DNA of 59,753 bases, taken from IMG/VR virus record IMGVR_UViG_3300017700_000649, positions 1-59,753 of that record; one strand, given 5' to 3'. Each line of letters begins with the position of its first letter. Positions within the stretch are counted from its first letter, which is position 1. Origin of the DNA: a virus (lineage: Duplodnaviria > Caudoviricetes). The position numbers and the translations under genes are program-made. The notes below the pieces were generated by a model. The model made no database searches and was not told the origin of the DNA. It saw only the letters and a program-made list of their open reading frames with translations. Below are positions 8,601 to 16,882 of the stretch, piece after piece.

Positions 8601-11600
8601 CAACACTGTCGCCAAACCAGCGCTCAAACTCCGGTGAGTCAGTTTTCAGCGGCGCATCCGTGATCCGCCCCATGGCCGCTGCACTCTCAGGGTTCTCCAT
8701 CTGCGCAATGCCGAAGGCCAGGTCCACCAGGTCCTGCGTCTTGAACGTTTCAGGACGGCCGGTCACCTTGCCCCAGGCCTGCTGCATGGCGTACTTCACG
8801 GAGCCCAGCCAGCGCGCGACGGTGCCATTCTTGGCGATCAGCGACGGCTTGACGCCCATCTTGATTGCGGCCTCCACGGCGTAGGGGAACATCTCCTGGC
8901 TGGACAGCTCGGTGCCCACGGCTTCGACGCGGCTACGGGCATAGGTGTAGACGGCTCGCTCGTCGCTGCCCTCTTCCGCATTGGCCCAGCCGTTGATGGT
9001 GGTGTGCAGCTTGTCCCAGCCTTCGGCGCCAAGCACGGTCTGGCCGTGTTTGTGCATGAGCTCGTGCGCGGCCACGGCCTGTTCATCGCCGGCCGGAATG
9101 TGGTCGGCGATCAGGAAGACGGTCTTGGTGCGGGGGTCGTAGAACGCCTGGGCGGCGCCGGCCTTCTCGTCAGCTGAGAGCTGCACGTTCAGACCGATCT
9201 GGGGTTCCCAGTAGGACTTGATCTCGCTGGCGGTGGTGGCCACCACGCGTCCCAGCTTGTTGGGCAACTGTTTGCCACCGATGAGTTCGGCGACGGCGGC
9301 CTGGACGCGCTCTACTGTGCTGGGGTTGCGGACTTGTCGGCCAGCGCTTCTTTGTGCAGGCGCTCCATCAGGTCCAGATCGTCCGCTTCCTGCTCCGGCG
9401 TCCGTGGCCGCGCGTGACTCTTGCGGTTGTCCTCGCGTTCCTGGAGTACTTTTTCGGGTGTCATATGCGTTCCTGAATTGTTGGGGCGAAAGGTTCGCCT
9501 CCATGAAGTCCTCGGACCGTGGAAACGACGCGCCCATCTTATCCCAGAAGCCCGTTGCCGTGGGCAGGATGTCATGGATGTGCAGCTTCGCGCCGGCTGG
9601 CAAGCTCTCGACAATGCCGCCCACCACCTTCTCGGCGATGGCGTTGCCGCGCTTGCTCTGGTAAATCTCGATGTTGCGCAGGGATTTGAAGACGCCGGCC
9701 GCATCCACGTCCAGAGTGACGATGCCCACGCTGGCTTCGTCCCTGGCTTCCGCCGGGGTGGCGCCGTCGGCCATGGCTTCAGCGTACAGCTTGCGGTCGC
9801 GGATTTCGTAGTCGATGCGCTTCACGTCGCCGCCCGGCTGCCGCACGTTCAGGCGCGGGTCGGCCAGGGCTATTTCCGGAGTTTTGAATGCCGTGGCGCC
9901 GGACTTGGTTTTGAAGGCTTCCAGGGCGGGCACCGGGCCTGGCGTGGCTGCCCGGCTGAACTGAATGTTCGGGTTGGCGCCGTCAAAGTCGCCGTTGTTT
10001 CCAGTCGCTGATTTGATCTGCTCGGGGTCGAAGGCGATGTACACACGGTGCCGCGGTCCGTCCTTCTTCACCCGATTTCCGCCCATGTGGGTGATGCCGT
10101 CAAAGCCCATGGTGCGCAGACCGTCCTGCATGATTTCAGCGCCCTCGTAACTCGGCATGTCTTGGTCGGCCAGCATGTTCTCGGCCGCGCGATACCACGC
10201 TTCATTGGTGTCGCCGCCTTCGTGGTACTGCTCGATGTCATCAAACTGCTTTTCCCAGGCAGCCACGTCGGCCTTGGCTTCCATGTCGATGGGGTTCTTG
10301 ATCGACAGGAAGACTTTGTACACGCTGGGCGACTCGCCGCGCCCCTTGGCGGTGTAGCTGCTGGCCACAGCCGGGTCGGCAGTGAAGTAGCCACCCATGC
10401 CCATCAGGCCATAGTTGGAAGCGTAGGTGTCAAAGACCTTGAACGCGTCGCCGTCCTCGCTGGCGCTGGTGCCGTGGTACATGGGCAGCGGCTTGCCGCC
10501 GAGTTTCCCTGTGTTCGTGACGACACTGTCGCCGAACCATTTCTTGAAGGCCGGGGTGTCGGTTTGAGCGCCCTTTGCCGGATAAGCGGCCTGCACTTCT
10601 TCCGGTGTCAGCGTGCCGGCCTTCACGTCCTTGAGCACATCCAGGCGCTCCTTCCCGGTCACGCCGGCGGCGTCCAGCGCTTCGGTCGCTTGCGCGGCGC
10701 GGCTGAACATCGGCTTCTGGTTGGGGTCGGCGTCGGCGGCGCGCTCGCTGCCGGTCAATGTGAACTCGTTGACCTCGGCGTCGGCCTTGGCTTTGTTGTC
10801 AGCGGCAGCCGTGGCCTTGGCTTCGGCCTTGGTGCCGTCGGCGGCGCGCTGCTGCTGGGCCAGCACATCGGCTGGCGTGGGGGATGTCAGCCCTTCGGCG
10901 TCATCCCGCGGCGCTGCATTTCCTTCTTCACCACGGCTTTGCGCTGCGGTTTTGGCAGTTTCATCAGTTCGGCCACGGCTTTCGCTACCTTGGCCCTGGC
11001 TTTGGGATTGGCTGGCAGTGGCATCTTGAATCTCCTGGTCGGTGAACCCGAGCGCGCGCATGGCGTCCTCGGTGCTGGTGTTGCTGGGTGTATCGGAGCC
11101 GGGGATGTCGGCGTCAAGGGCTTCCAGAACATCGTCTGGCAGCTGCCGCGCGAACTCCTCGGCGGCATCCATGCGGGCCTGCATCTCGTCTTCCGCCACA
11201 CCTGCGGCGTACTGGGGGATTATCCGCTTGCCACGCAAGGCGTCAAGGATGAGGGCATGCAGCTTGGTTTCGTCGGCCTCGAGCAGGAAACCCTCCTCCA
11301 CCGCGCGCTGCGCCAGCGCGTCCAACTGGGGGCCGGACTTGCGGAACATCGGGCCGTAGCCCTGCACCATGGCCGCCTGGCGCTCTTTGCGGCCGGGCGC
11401 GAACTCGTTGGCCAGGCTGTTGCTGATGCCGTGCTTACCCAGGAATGCCTTGAAGGGATTTGCCTCGTTGGCGCGGGTGCGCGCGGCGTTGCCCGGTACC
11501 TTGCGCGCCTTCTCGCTGGCGGCAAAATCGGCGCGTTGGGCAGCAGCATCAGTCGCTATCGAAACAGTAGCAGCCTGGGCAGGCAGTGATTGGGCCGGCG

Positions 11601-14130
11601 CCTGATTTGATGCGCCAAATATCCGGGCCTTTTTGCCCAGCGCGCCGGAGTCAAGCAGCGCCTTGCGGATCTGGTCATCGCTGGCGCCGGCGGGCACGGT
11701 GACGTCGTCGCCGGTCTCGAAGTTCTGGGCGGCGTACTTGCCGACATAGACCACACCGTCTTTAACGGTCACGGGCTCTGCGCTGTTGGGCATCATGCCG
11801 ACCGACAGACCTTCCGGCGCTTTGGCGCTCTCGGCGCGCGCGGCTTTGCGTTCGACGCGCTTGGCCTCGATACGGGCTTTCTCGGCTTCAATGGCTACCT
11901 GGCGGGCGCTGGGCTGGGGCGCGGCCGCCGTGGTGCCGGCGGCCTGCTCGGCACTTGGGAACTCCCGCACGGCCTCCAGCAGCTGTTTGATTGGAGCGTC
12001 CAGGCGGATGACCTTGACCGGTTCGCCGGCCTCCAGTTTTGCCATCCACTGGTGGTGGCCGTCCAGGACGTGGTTGTCGCTGGAAACGAGGATGGACCGG
12101 TCAGTACCGGTGAAACCCATGGCCTTGGCCACCTTCGCCGGGGAGAACTCGGTCTGGGTCGGCTTCAGGCTGGCTGCCGGTACTTCTTCCTGGGTGTGCG
12201 CAATGTCGCGCGCGTTCAGGAAATTGACCATGGCACCTCTGTGCTCGGCCTTGATCTGCGGCATTTCGGCGCGCGGCACGCTCAAGGTACCGGTGTCTGG
12301 CGCGAAAGCCGTCCAGTCCTTGTCAAGGCGCTCTCCAACTACCCCAGCGGCTTGTACTCCACCGGCTCCGGCCGTGGTTCCGGTTGCGGCTGGCTGGACT
12401 CCAGCATCCGCTCGAGCTTCTGGCGTTTCTGCTGGCGTGGCTTGGGTTTGGGCTGTGGCTCGTGGTGCTGCGTCTTGGACATTGGTGGTCGCCGGAATAA
12501 TTTCTGGAATATTTTGCGCAGCGTTTTTTCGTTGCGAGAGGGGGACAAGACGCTGGTCTAGTGCTCCCGTGGCGGGCTCGGCGCGCACAGTTTCCAGAAG
12601 TGCACCAGGGCCTGCGGGCTGACTTGCATCTCCTGCAGGAGCTCCCGCTGGAACTTGGTCAGGCGCGGCGGGCGCAACGGCTTCGGCTTGGGTTGGCGTC
12701 TGGATGACATTGGCGCTCTCCGGTTCGGCGACTTGCGCTATGTTTTCTATAGCTAATGACGCAGGCACCGTCTGGGCTACAGGCTGGTTTTGCTTCAGGA
12801 TTTCGGCGATGTTGTCCACAGCCGTGCTGGACTGCACTGCGGACTGGGCGGCCACAATCGCCTGGTCGACGGTCGGGGCGTTGACGATGTCAGCAATGGG
12901 GTCGACACGCGGCGCGGCGGCAGGGGCCGCACCTGCTGGCGCCCGCCCGCGCATGGCGTCGCGTGCCTCTTTGGAAAACGCAGCAACTTCCATCGGCGCG
13001 CCGCCAAGTTCGCCCGCGGCCTCCATCAGGACCTGGCCGGGCTGGTCGATTTCGCCTTTGGTGGCCAGCTGGCCCAGCGCCTCGCCGCCGGCGCCCAGCG
13101 ACGCCTGAGTGGCCATCTGGGTCGGCAAGTTGACTGCCTGGCGAGCGATCTTGCTTTTCATGGCCGGGGCAATGGTCTTGCCGGCCACGCCGCCGCTGAC
13201 CGCGTCCAGCGTACCGATGATGCCCGCGCGCTTGCCGGCGTAGGCCATGGCTGCAGACAGGTTTTCTGGGTTGGTGAAGAACGCCTCAACGGCCTTGCCG
13301 TTGGTGACGTCGACACCGGCATCGCGCGCGAACTCCGCGAGCGAGCTTCCGCCCTCCACCGCGGCGCTGCTGGCACCCATGGCTACTGCACCGGCGCCAG
13401 GGCCCATCACAGCCGCCGCCGCAAGCGCGGGCAGTGTGGACGGCAGGGATGTCGCGGTCACACCGGCGATCACGTCATACGGCGCTTCCTTGAAGGCTTC
13501 CCAGGCTTCGCCGAACGTCTTGGCGGCGTTGACCTTGGCGACCGCCGGCCGGGTGCTCAGGGCCGCGCCGCGCTGGGCGTCGCCTTGGGCTTCGGTCATT
13601 TCGCCAATGACGGCGGGGAATTTTTCCTTGTAGCTGGCGATCTCGTCGCGCATCAAGCGCGCGGTGCGGCTGTTGCCCTCTCCGCGTGCCTCCAATTCCG
13701 CCAGTCGCTTGCTGGTCTTGTCCAGCCCGCTGGCCACCATGCCCATGTTCACGGTTTTGACGGAGGCACGTGTGTTGTCCACACCGGTGAAGAACGAATC
13801 GCGCAGGTTGGCCAGCTCATCGGCCACGGCGCCGCCTTTGGCAACTGGCACGTCCTCGACTTCGGTGGTGCCGATCTGGGCGCCGGACACGGGGTCATAG
13901 ACGGGCTCGGTGCGGGTCGCCGTGGACGCTGCTGGTGCGCCTGCGGGTTTTGCGTCCACCTGCAGTTTTGGCGTGCTCCTGCTGGCCGATAGATGCCCGA
14001 CGATCTCCGCAGGCGTGTATCCGGCCTTCGCGGCACCGGCCACGTCAAAGCCTGATTCCTTGCCCAGGAAGTCGGCAATCTCGCCGTCGCTGTACCCAGC
14101 CTTGCGCGCGCCTTCGATGTCAAATGCCAT
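5677..14130 (-). CDS. Large polyvalent protein, probably virion-injected (ParB-like, two ART-like, GNAT-like, zincin HExxH and LPD38-like C-terminal domains)
   Basis: 2817 aa; ILVSSDNHVLDGHH; YHGT..GYFT..ASSY..VYKVFL; YHGA..WFA..AATYA..AYL; RNIEI..KRGNAIA; AHELMHKHG; last gene of the late operon. Confidence 0.9.
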   Translation of the reverse strand: MAFDIEGARKAGYSDGEIADFLGKESGFDVAGAAKAGYTPAEIVGHLSASRSTPKLQVDAKPAGAPAASTATRTEPVYDPVSGAQIGTTEVEDVPVAKGGAVADELANLRDSFFTGVDNTRASVKTVNMGMVASGLDKTSKRLAELEARGEGNSRTARLMRDEIASYKEKFPAVIGEMTEAQGDAQRGAALSTRPAVAKVNAAKTFGEAWEAFKEAPYDVIAGVTATSLPSTLPALAAAAVMGPGAGAVAMGASSAAVEGGSSLAEFARDAGVDVTNGKAVEAFFTNPENLSAAMAYAGKRAGIIGTLDAVSGGVAGKTIAPAMKSKIARQAVNLPTQMATQASLGAGGEALGQLATKGEIDQPGQVLMEAAGELGGAPMEVAAFSKEARDAMRGRAPAGAAPAAAPRVDPIADIVNAPTVDQAIVAAQSAVQSSTAVDNIAEILKQNQPVAQTVPASLAIENIAQVAEPESANVIQTPTQAEAVAPAAPDQVPAGAPAGDASQPAGPGALLETVRAEPATGALDQRLVPLSQRKNAAQNIPEIIPATTNVQDAAPRATAQTQATPAETPEARADAGVQPAATGTTAGAGGVQAAGVVGERLDKDWTAFAPDTGTLSVPRAEMPQIKAEHRGAMVNFLNARDIAHTQEEVPAASLKPTQTEFSPAKVAKAMGFTGTDRSILVSSDNHVLDGHHQWMAKLEAGEPVKVIRLDAPIKQLLEAVREFPSAEQAAGTTAAAPQPSARQVAIEAEKARIEAKRVERKAARAESAKAPEGLSVGMMPNSAEPVTVKDGVVYVGKYAAQNFETGDDVTVPAGASDDQIRKALLDSGALGKKARIFGASNQAPAQSLPAQAATVSIATDAAAQRADFAASEKARKVPGNAARTRANEANPFKAFLGKHGISNSLANEFAPGRKERQAAMVQGYGPMFRKSGPQLDALAQRAVEEGFLLEADETKLHALILDALRGKRIIPQYAAGVAEDEMQARMDAAEEFARQLPDDVLEALDADIPGSDTPSNTSTEDAMRALGFTDQEIQDATASQSQSQGQGSESRGRTDETAKTAAQSRGEEGNAAPRDDAEGLTSPTPADVLAQQQRAADGTKAEAKATAAADNKAKADAEVNEFTLTGSERAADADPNQKPMFSRAAQATEALDAAGVTGKERLDVLKDVKAGTLTPEEVQAAYPAKGAQTDTPAFKKWFGDSVVTNTGKLGGKPLPMYHGTSASEDGDAFKVFDTYASNYGLMGMGGYFTADPAVASSYTAKGRGESPSVYKVFLSIKNPIDMEAKADVAAWEKQFDDIEQYHEGGDTNEAWYRAAENMLADQDMPSYEGAEIMQDGLRTMGFDGITHMGGNRVKKDGPRHRVYIAFDPEQIKSATGNNGDFDGANPNIQFSRAATPGPVPALEAFKTKSGATAFKTPEIALADPRLNVRQPGGDVKRIDYEIRDRKLYAEAMADGATPAEARDEASVGIVTLDVDAAGVFKSLRNIEIYQSKRGNAIAEKVVGGIVESLPAGAKLHIHDILPTATGFWDKMGASFPRSEDFMEANLSPQQFRNAYDTRKSTPGTRGQPQESRAATDAGAGSGRSGPDGAPAQRSAGRQVRNPSTVERVQAAVAELIGGKQLPNKLGRVVATTASEIKSYWEPQIGLNVQLSADEKAGAAQAFYDPRTKTVFLIADHIPAGDEQAVAAHELMHKHGQTVLGAEGWDKLHTTINGWANAEEGSDERAVYTYARSRVEAVGTELSSQEMFPYAVEAAIKMGVKPSLIAKNGTVARWLGSVKYAMQQAWGKVTGRPETFKTQDLVDLAFGIAQMENPESAAAMGRITDAPLKTDSPEFERWFGDSVATVDGKAGSEPLVVYHGAPDARFVTEDGTFKSLKARYGAEDPDGGAHWFAGSKRTAATYADDRRAFDYQNAEPGVIAAYLKLENPLIVDGGGKHWREAQKIGKTGRIIEEAKAGGHDGIIVRNVKDDYNNVAGGSRATDTYVVFRSNQIKSATENTTFDPANPDIRFSRAPAPGAKLSPWRDATGRLQFAPGAWLYDKIGAAAGPTLVKLGLKAASPELRRQLRQMKIDVEKAQETAGAIAKETMKLSEAERAMVSDLVEQELKVGIIPPAHAVKLAAMINDAMGRQTDELVALDMLTKDSADKWRGKYLPRYYESKLSAKVGDAWADAMKRLTGRQSVMKGIKGKNLKGRGLYETIPEAELANYEALGWEVRDPDYTPSLPSVDGTVQVWRDFSPEEREKMGEIRDAGFRFVMGYMQTGRDIAVGRMFERMAADPEQSSRLEKEGYVQVPTTTVSGTGAKVYGKLAGRWVPTETMSQLSNIEESTSAAWQMYRQAMAIWKMGKTSMNPVSHVNNMVSNLTMAHLAGVSYHRGDKYLAAARDFIKKPAMMVEAKENGLFLGTLSDTELMNTLPEELKILAQKQESKGEKVARTGFDIMTMFLRKPMGAAYQAEDTFFRYLIYKYAREHGMEPQDAVDYAQKYIFTYDDLPKGARRIRDFGIPFFSYTYKAAPALLHTALTHPVRMAAPAAVLWGINAAAYAIATGDDDDSWQETLKRYLTDPEFRAKAREKEKLEREHLPPWNKGTTSMMTPKMIRLGMDEITKLPLFIDVSRIIPGGDLFDVSPNAGGVPLPQPITPSHPLFTTMVAMLGNKDMFLGKEITDSNDTTGEKASKRSAWLWKQLTPAITAGNYHWERGMNALAQANGGEVKWVPDVLGGDATGIGKDGNPVQPKYAAMQTFGIKVRPVDLETAEAIEGSMKRKMIRDIDGEIKKLQRLASKGAISDRTLEKERDKAIQKKENLRNGLTVDGSEKD
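9312..9464 (-). CDS. Nested +1-frame 50-aa ORF (C) in the polyvalent gene
   Basis: AGGA-6nt-ATG; MTPEKVLQEREDNRKSHARPRTPEQEADDLDLMERLHKEALADKSATPAQ; GC-ending codons in the nested frame. Confidence 0.65.
   Translation of the reverse strand: MTPEKVLQEREDNRKSHARPRTPEQEADDLDLMERLHKEALADKSATPAQ
10887..11024 (-). CDS. Nested +1-frame 45-aa basic ORF (B) in the polyvalent gene
   Basis: AGGAG-7nt-ATG; MPLPANPKARAKVAKAVAELMKLPKPQRKAVVKKEMQRRGMTPKG; codon bias inverted relative to the main frame. Confidence 0.7.
   Translation of the reverse strand: MPLPANPKARAKVAKAVAELMKLPKPQRKAVVKKEMQRRGMTPKG
11555..11612 (+). repeat. 58-bp dispersed element, copy 1
   Basis: GCTAT-CGAAACA-GTAGC-N19-TGGGCC-GGCGCCTGATTT. 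Confidence 0.65.
12339..12548 (-). CDS. Nested +1-frame ORF (A2), start TTG 12548 or ATG 12482
   Basis: Same frame as ORF A and three codons after its TAG; host-like codons; no clear RBS. Confidence 0.4.
   Translation of the reverse strand: MSPSRNEKTLRKIFQKLFRRPPMSKTQHHEPQPKPKPRQQKRQKLERMLESSQPQPEPRPEPVEYKPLG
12558..12710 (-). CDS. Nested +1-frame 50-aa ORF (A) in the polyvalent gene (absent from the ORF track)
   Basis: GGAG-7nt-ATG; MSSRRQPKPKPLRPPRLTKFQRELLQEMQVSPQALVHFWKLCAPSPPREH; CTG ACC AAG TTC CAG run in the nested frame. Confidence 0.65.
   Translation of the reverse strand: MSSRRQPKPKPLRPPRLTKFQRELLQEMQVSPQALVHFWKLCAPSPPREH
12737..12794 (+). repeat. 58-bp dispersed element, copy 2
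   Basis: GCTAT-GTTTTCT-ATAGC-N19-TGGGCT-ACAGGCTGGTTT. Confidence 0.75.
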
Positions 14131-14136
14131 GGTGGC

Positions 14137-15141
14137 TCACTTTGTTTGGAAGCTGGACAGGGGTGGACGGGCGCCGGGTTTGGCGCCGGGGGTTGCGGTC
14201 GGTGCACCTGGCTTCTCCGGCGCACCGCGGTCGGTAAGGCTGGAGTCCAGCGCGGCGGCGGCGCGGTCACGCACACGCACCGCGGTTTCGTAGGACCGCT
14301 GCCAGTCGGCTTGAGCTTCAGGCGTTTTGCCCTTGCCACCTTCGTTCAGGTTCTTGATGGTGGCGTTCATGGCGTTGACGATAGCACCCAGCTTGTCAGG
14401 ACTGCCGGGTTTGCCGCCGCCCTCTTCCTTGGCGGTGTCGCTACGGTCCCAGTGTTCGATCAGCGCGTCAATGCGGCGGTTCTGGGCATCCAGGCTACCC
14501 TGCTGCAGGTCCAGGCGGCGCAGGTCGATTTCAGCCTTGCGAGCGTCGGCCTGGGCTTTGCGGTCGGATTCCTTGGCGCTGTTGGCGGCCGCGGCATCGC
14601 TCTTCTTCTCGCTGACATCGATGCGGCGTTCGTCGCGCAGCGGCTTGCCCACCCGGGCCTCGTAGTCGGCATAGGCAGGCAGGTCGTTGACCTTGGCGTC
14701 GCTCACCGCAGCTTCCAGCGCTTCGTCGGCGGTGCGCTTGCGCGTCTTGCCGGCCACGTTGATCAACCCCTTCTTCGTGTCGCCCGCCACCTGCTTGTCC
14801 AGCTGGGCCATGGCCTCTTGTCGCTGCACGGGGTCGGCAATGGTCTCGATGGCCTTGCGCTGCGTGGCAATGTCGCCTTCGAAACCGAACTTCTCGCCCG
14901 CGTCATCGGTGCCAGACACGCGCGTCACGGGCGCGGCCTCCAGCGGAACCTCCTCGTTCATCTTTGCCTGGGCGCCAGCGGAAATGCGCTTGAGCCCGGA
15001 GTTCTTCAGTTCTTCCAGGCGCGCGTCGCGCTCGGCCTGAATCTGGGCAGCCAAGTCCTGCTGGTAGCCCTTGGCGTACATGTCGCCGCCGGCATAGCCA
15101 GCAGCAGAAGCGCCTTGGCGCAGGCCGTCGATGAGCCCCAT
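14137..15141 (-). CDS. Putative internal virion/ejection protein
   Basis: Helical Ala/Lys/Asp-rich; MGLI N-terminus; precedes the giant protein. Confidence 0.7.
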   Translation of the reverse strand: MGLIDGLRQGASAAGYAGGDMYAKGYQQDLAAQIQAERDARLEELKNSGLKRISAGAQAKMNEEVPLEAAPVTRVSGTDDAGEKFGFEGDIATQRKAIETIADPVQRQEAMAQLDKQVAGDTKKGLINVAGKTRKRTADEALEAAVSDAKVNDLPAYADYEARVGKPLRDERRIDVSEKKSDAAAANSAKESDRKAQADARKAEIDLRRLDLQQGSLDAQNRRIDALIEHWDRSDTAKEEGGGKPGSPDKLGAIVNAMNATIKNLNEGGKGKTPEAQADWQRSYETAVRVRDRAAAALDSSLTDRGAPEKPGAPTATPGAKPGARPPLSSFQTK

Positions 15142-15142
15142 A

Positions 15143-15625
15143 TCAGCCTCCCTGTGCTTGTTGTTTGAACGCCGCCAGCTTCTGCGGGTCGTTCATCACG
15201 GCCTGGGTTTTACCCATGATCGCCTGCATCTTGTCCGGCGTCAGCCCGATCTTTGGCAGCAGGGTTTCGAGGTAGGTGCGCGTGGCGGTCGAAAGCATTT
15301 CCGGCGTCACCTCGATCATGCCGCCTTGCTCCATGAAGTCCAGGGCTTCCATCAGCAGAGACTGGCCGGCAAAGATCATGGGGCCCACCGGCATGGTGTT
15401 TTTGCTTTCCTTGAACAGGATGCCGATGATGCCGATGATGCCCTCGACGGCGGTCTTCATCGGGTCGTCGGCTTCCATCAGGCCCTTGAGCAGCTCGCCG
15501 TGCGTCTCTTTCGAGAACATCACCTTCATCCCGGCCAGCACGATGCGGTCATACGCCTGCTTGTCGGCCGGCGGCACTTTGGCGTCGATGGCGGCTTCCG
15601 CCTTCTTGATCATTTCGTTGTTCAT
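15143..15625 (-). CDS. Hypothetical protein in the ejection module
   Basis: Tightly packed ORF with good codon usage. Confidence 0.75.
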   Translation of the reverse strand: MNNEMIKKAEAAIDAKVPPADKQAYDRIVLAGMKVMFSKETHGELLKGLMEADDPMKTAVEGIIGIIGILFKESKNTMPVGPMIFAGQSLLMEALDFMEQGGMIEVTPEMLSTATRTYLETLLPKIGLTPDKMQAIMGKTQAVMNDPQKLAAFKQQAQGG

Positions 15626-15626
15626 A

Positions 15627-16508
15627 TTAGCGTCCCGTGGAGTTGATGAGGCCGGCCCGTGGCGCCTGGTGGGTGGGCGCGGGGCCGGTGTTGTAGACCT
15701 GGCCCTGACGAACTCGCAGGCCGGTCAGGTCAGGGACGGAATTCGCGTTCGCCGTCTGCTGGCGCAGGATGTCCTGCTGCAGCAGCTCGCTCTGGGTCTT
15801 GGCGTCGTACAGGCCGGTGGTGGCATTGATTTGCCCGGTTTCGGCCTTCTTCTTGTCGTCGAACATGCCGCCGACAAAGTTCATGCCCAGCGAGGCCAGA
15901 TCCTTGTTCTTCGTCATGAACTCGCCGATACCTTTCATGGAGTCGAAAATGCTGCTGCTGGTGGCGGTACCCGCATTGACGGACGCCACACCGGCGCCGG
16001 CGCCAACATCGGCAGCAACCAGCGGGCTGAGTTGGGAATTCATCAGGCCAGTACCACCGGAGGAGCCACCTGCGGCTCCAGCGCCATCGGCCAGGCCACC
16101 AGGTGCTCCGACATCAGTGATGCCGGTAGCGGTGTCGCCAGCCAGTCCAGCGGAAGGGTCGGCGATGCCAGGCGCGGCTTCGGCAATCATCCCCGACGTG
16201 TTGCTGGCTGCGTCGGCGACGTCTGCGGCGCGGTCCATGCGGGCAAAGTCACCGGCGCTGCTGGCCACTTCCCCGCCCGCAAGGTCACCGGCCAACCATC
16301 CCTGACTCTGTGCGAACGACCCGATGCCCCCCACCAGCGAAGCGACACCTCCCAGGGCTGTCAGTGTTTTGTCGCCGGTAACGACGCCAACCCCTGCGGC
16401 AATGGCGCCAACGGCACTGATGACCGCCATGGTCGACATGGCGGCAATGCCGACCGTCGCGATTGTTGCGCCGGCATAGACGGCGGCTGCTACTGCTACA
16501 ACTGGCAT
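15627..16508 (-). CDS. Putative ejection/pilot protein
   Basis: Gly/Ala-rich with hydrophobic N-terminus; follows a GNAT-like gene, as in podophage ejection modules. Confidence 0.7.
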   Translation of the reverse strand: MPVVAVAAAVYAGATIATVGIAAMSTMAVISAVGAIAAGVGVVTGDKTLTALGGVASLVGGIGSFAQSQGWLAGDLAGGEVASSAGDFARMDRAADVADAASNTSGMIAEAAPGIADPSAGLAGDTATGITDVGAPGGLADGAGAAGGSSGGTGLMNSQLSPLVAADVGAGAGVASVNAGTATSSSIFDSMKGIGEFMTKNKDLASLGMNFVGGMFDDKKKAETGQINATTGLYDAKTQSELLQQDILRQQTANANSVPDLTGLRVRQGQVYNTGPAPTHQAPRAGLINSTGR

Positions 16509-16882
16509 GGTGGCTCCTTCATTCTTAAATGGTCAATTCGGTACAGGATGTTTTCTTCGTCTTCACCGACTCGGTAAAAGCCCAGGCGCTCGTTGAATCG
16601 CTGTTGCCGGGTTTCGGACTTCGGTGTCCTGGTGGTGGCGTACCCGTACTGGGCGATCAGCTCACCCGGGTATTTCTTCAGGTGCGCGCGGCTGGCCTGG
16701 ATGTCGGTGCCGAACTTTTGAAAGTGAAACTCGGGGCCGCGGGAGATAAAGACGATTCCAATGCTTCCGTCGGCGCGTAAGACCGGCTCGATGTCCCAGC
16801 CGTCAAGGGTTTTGCCGAACTGCTCGCGCGTCAGGTACAGCGGGGTATCAGCGAACAGCAGGTCTATGCACTGCTCTCTCAT
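16496..16882 (-). CDS. GNAT-like podophage protein
   Basis: RFNERLGFYRVGE acetyltransferase-like C-terminal motif. Confidence 0.7.
   Translation of the reverse strand: MREQCIDLLFADTPLYLTREQFGKTLDGWDIEPVLRADGSIGIVFISRGPEFHFQKFGTDIQASRAHLKKYPGELIAQYGYATTRTPKSETRQQRFNERLGFYRVGEDEENILYRIDHLRMKEPPCQL

Noticed and set aside
11556-11756. Further +1-frame ORF in the polyvalent gene
   Set aside because: No RBS-ATG; the AT-rich part is explained by repeat copy 1
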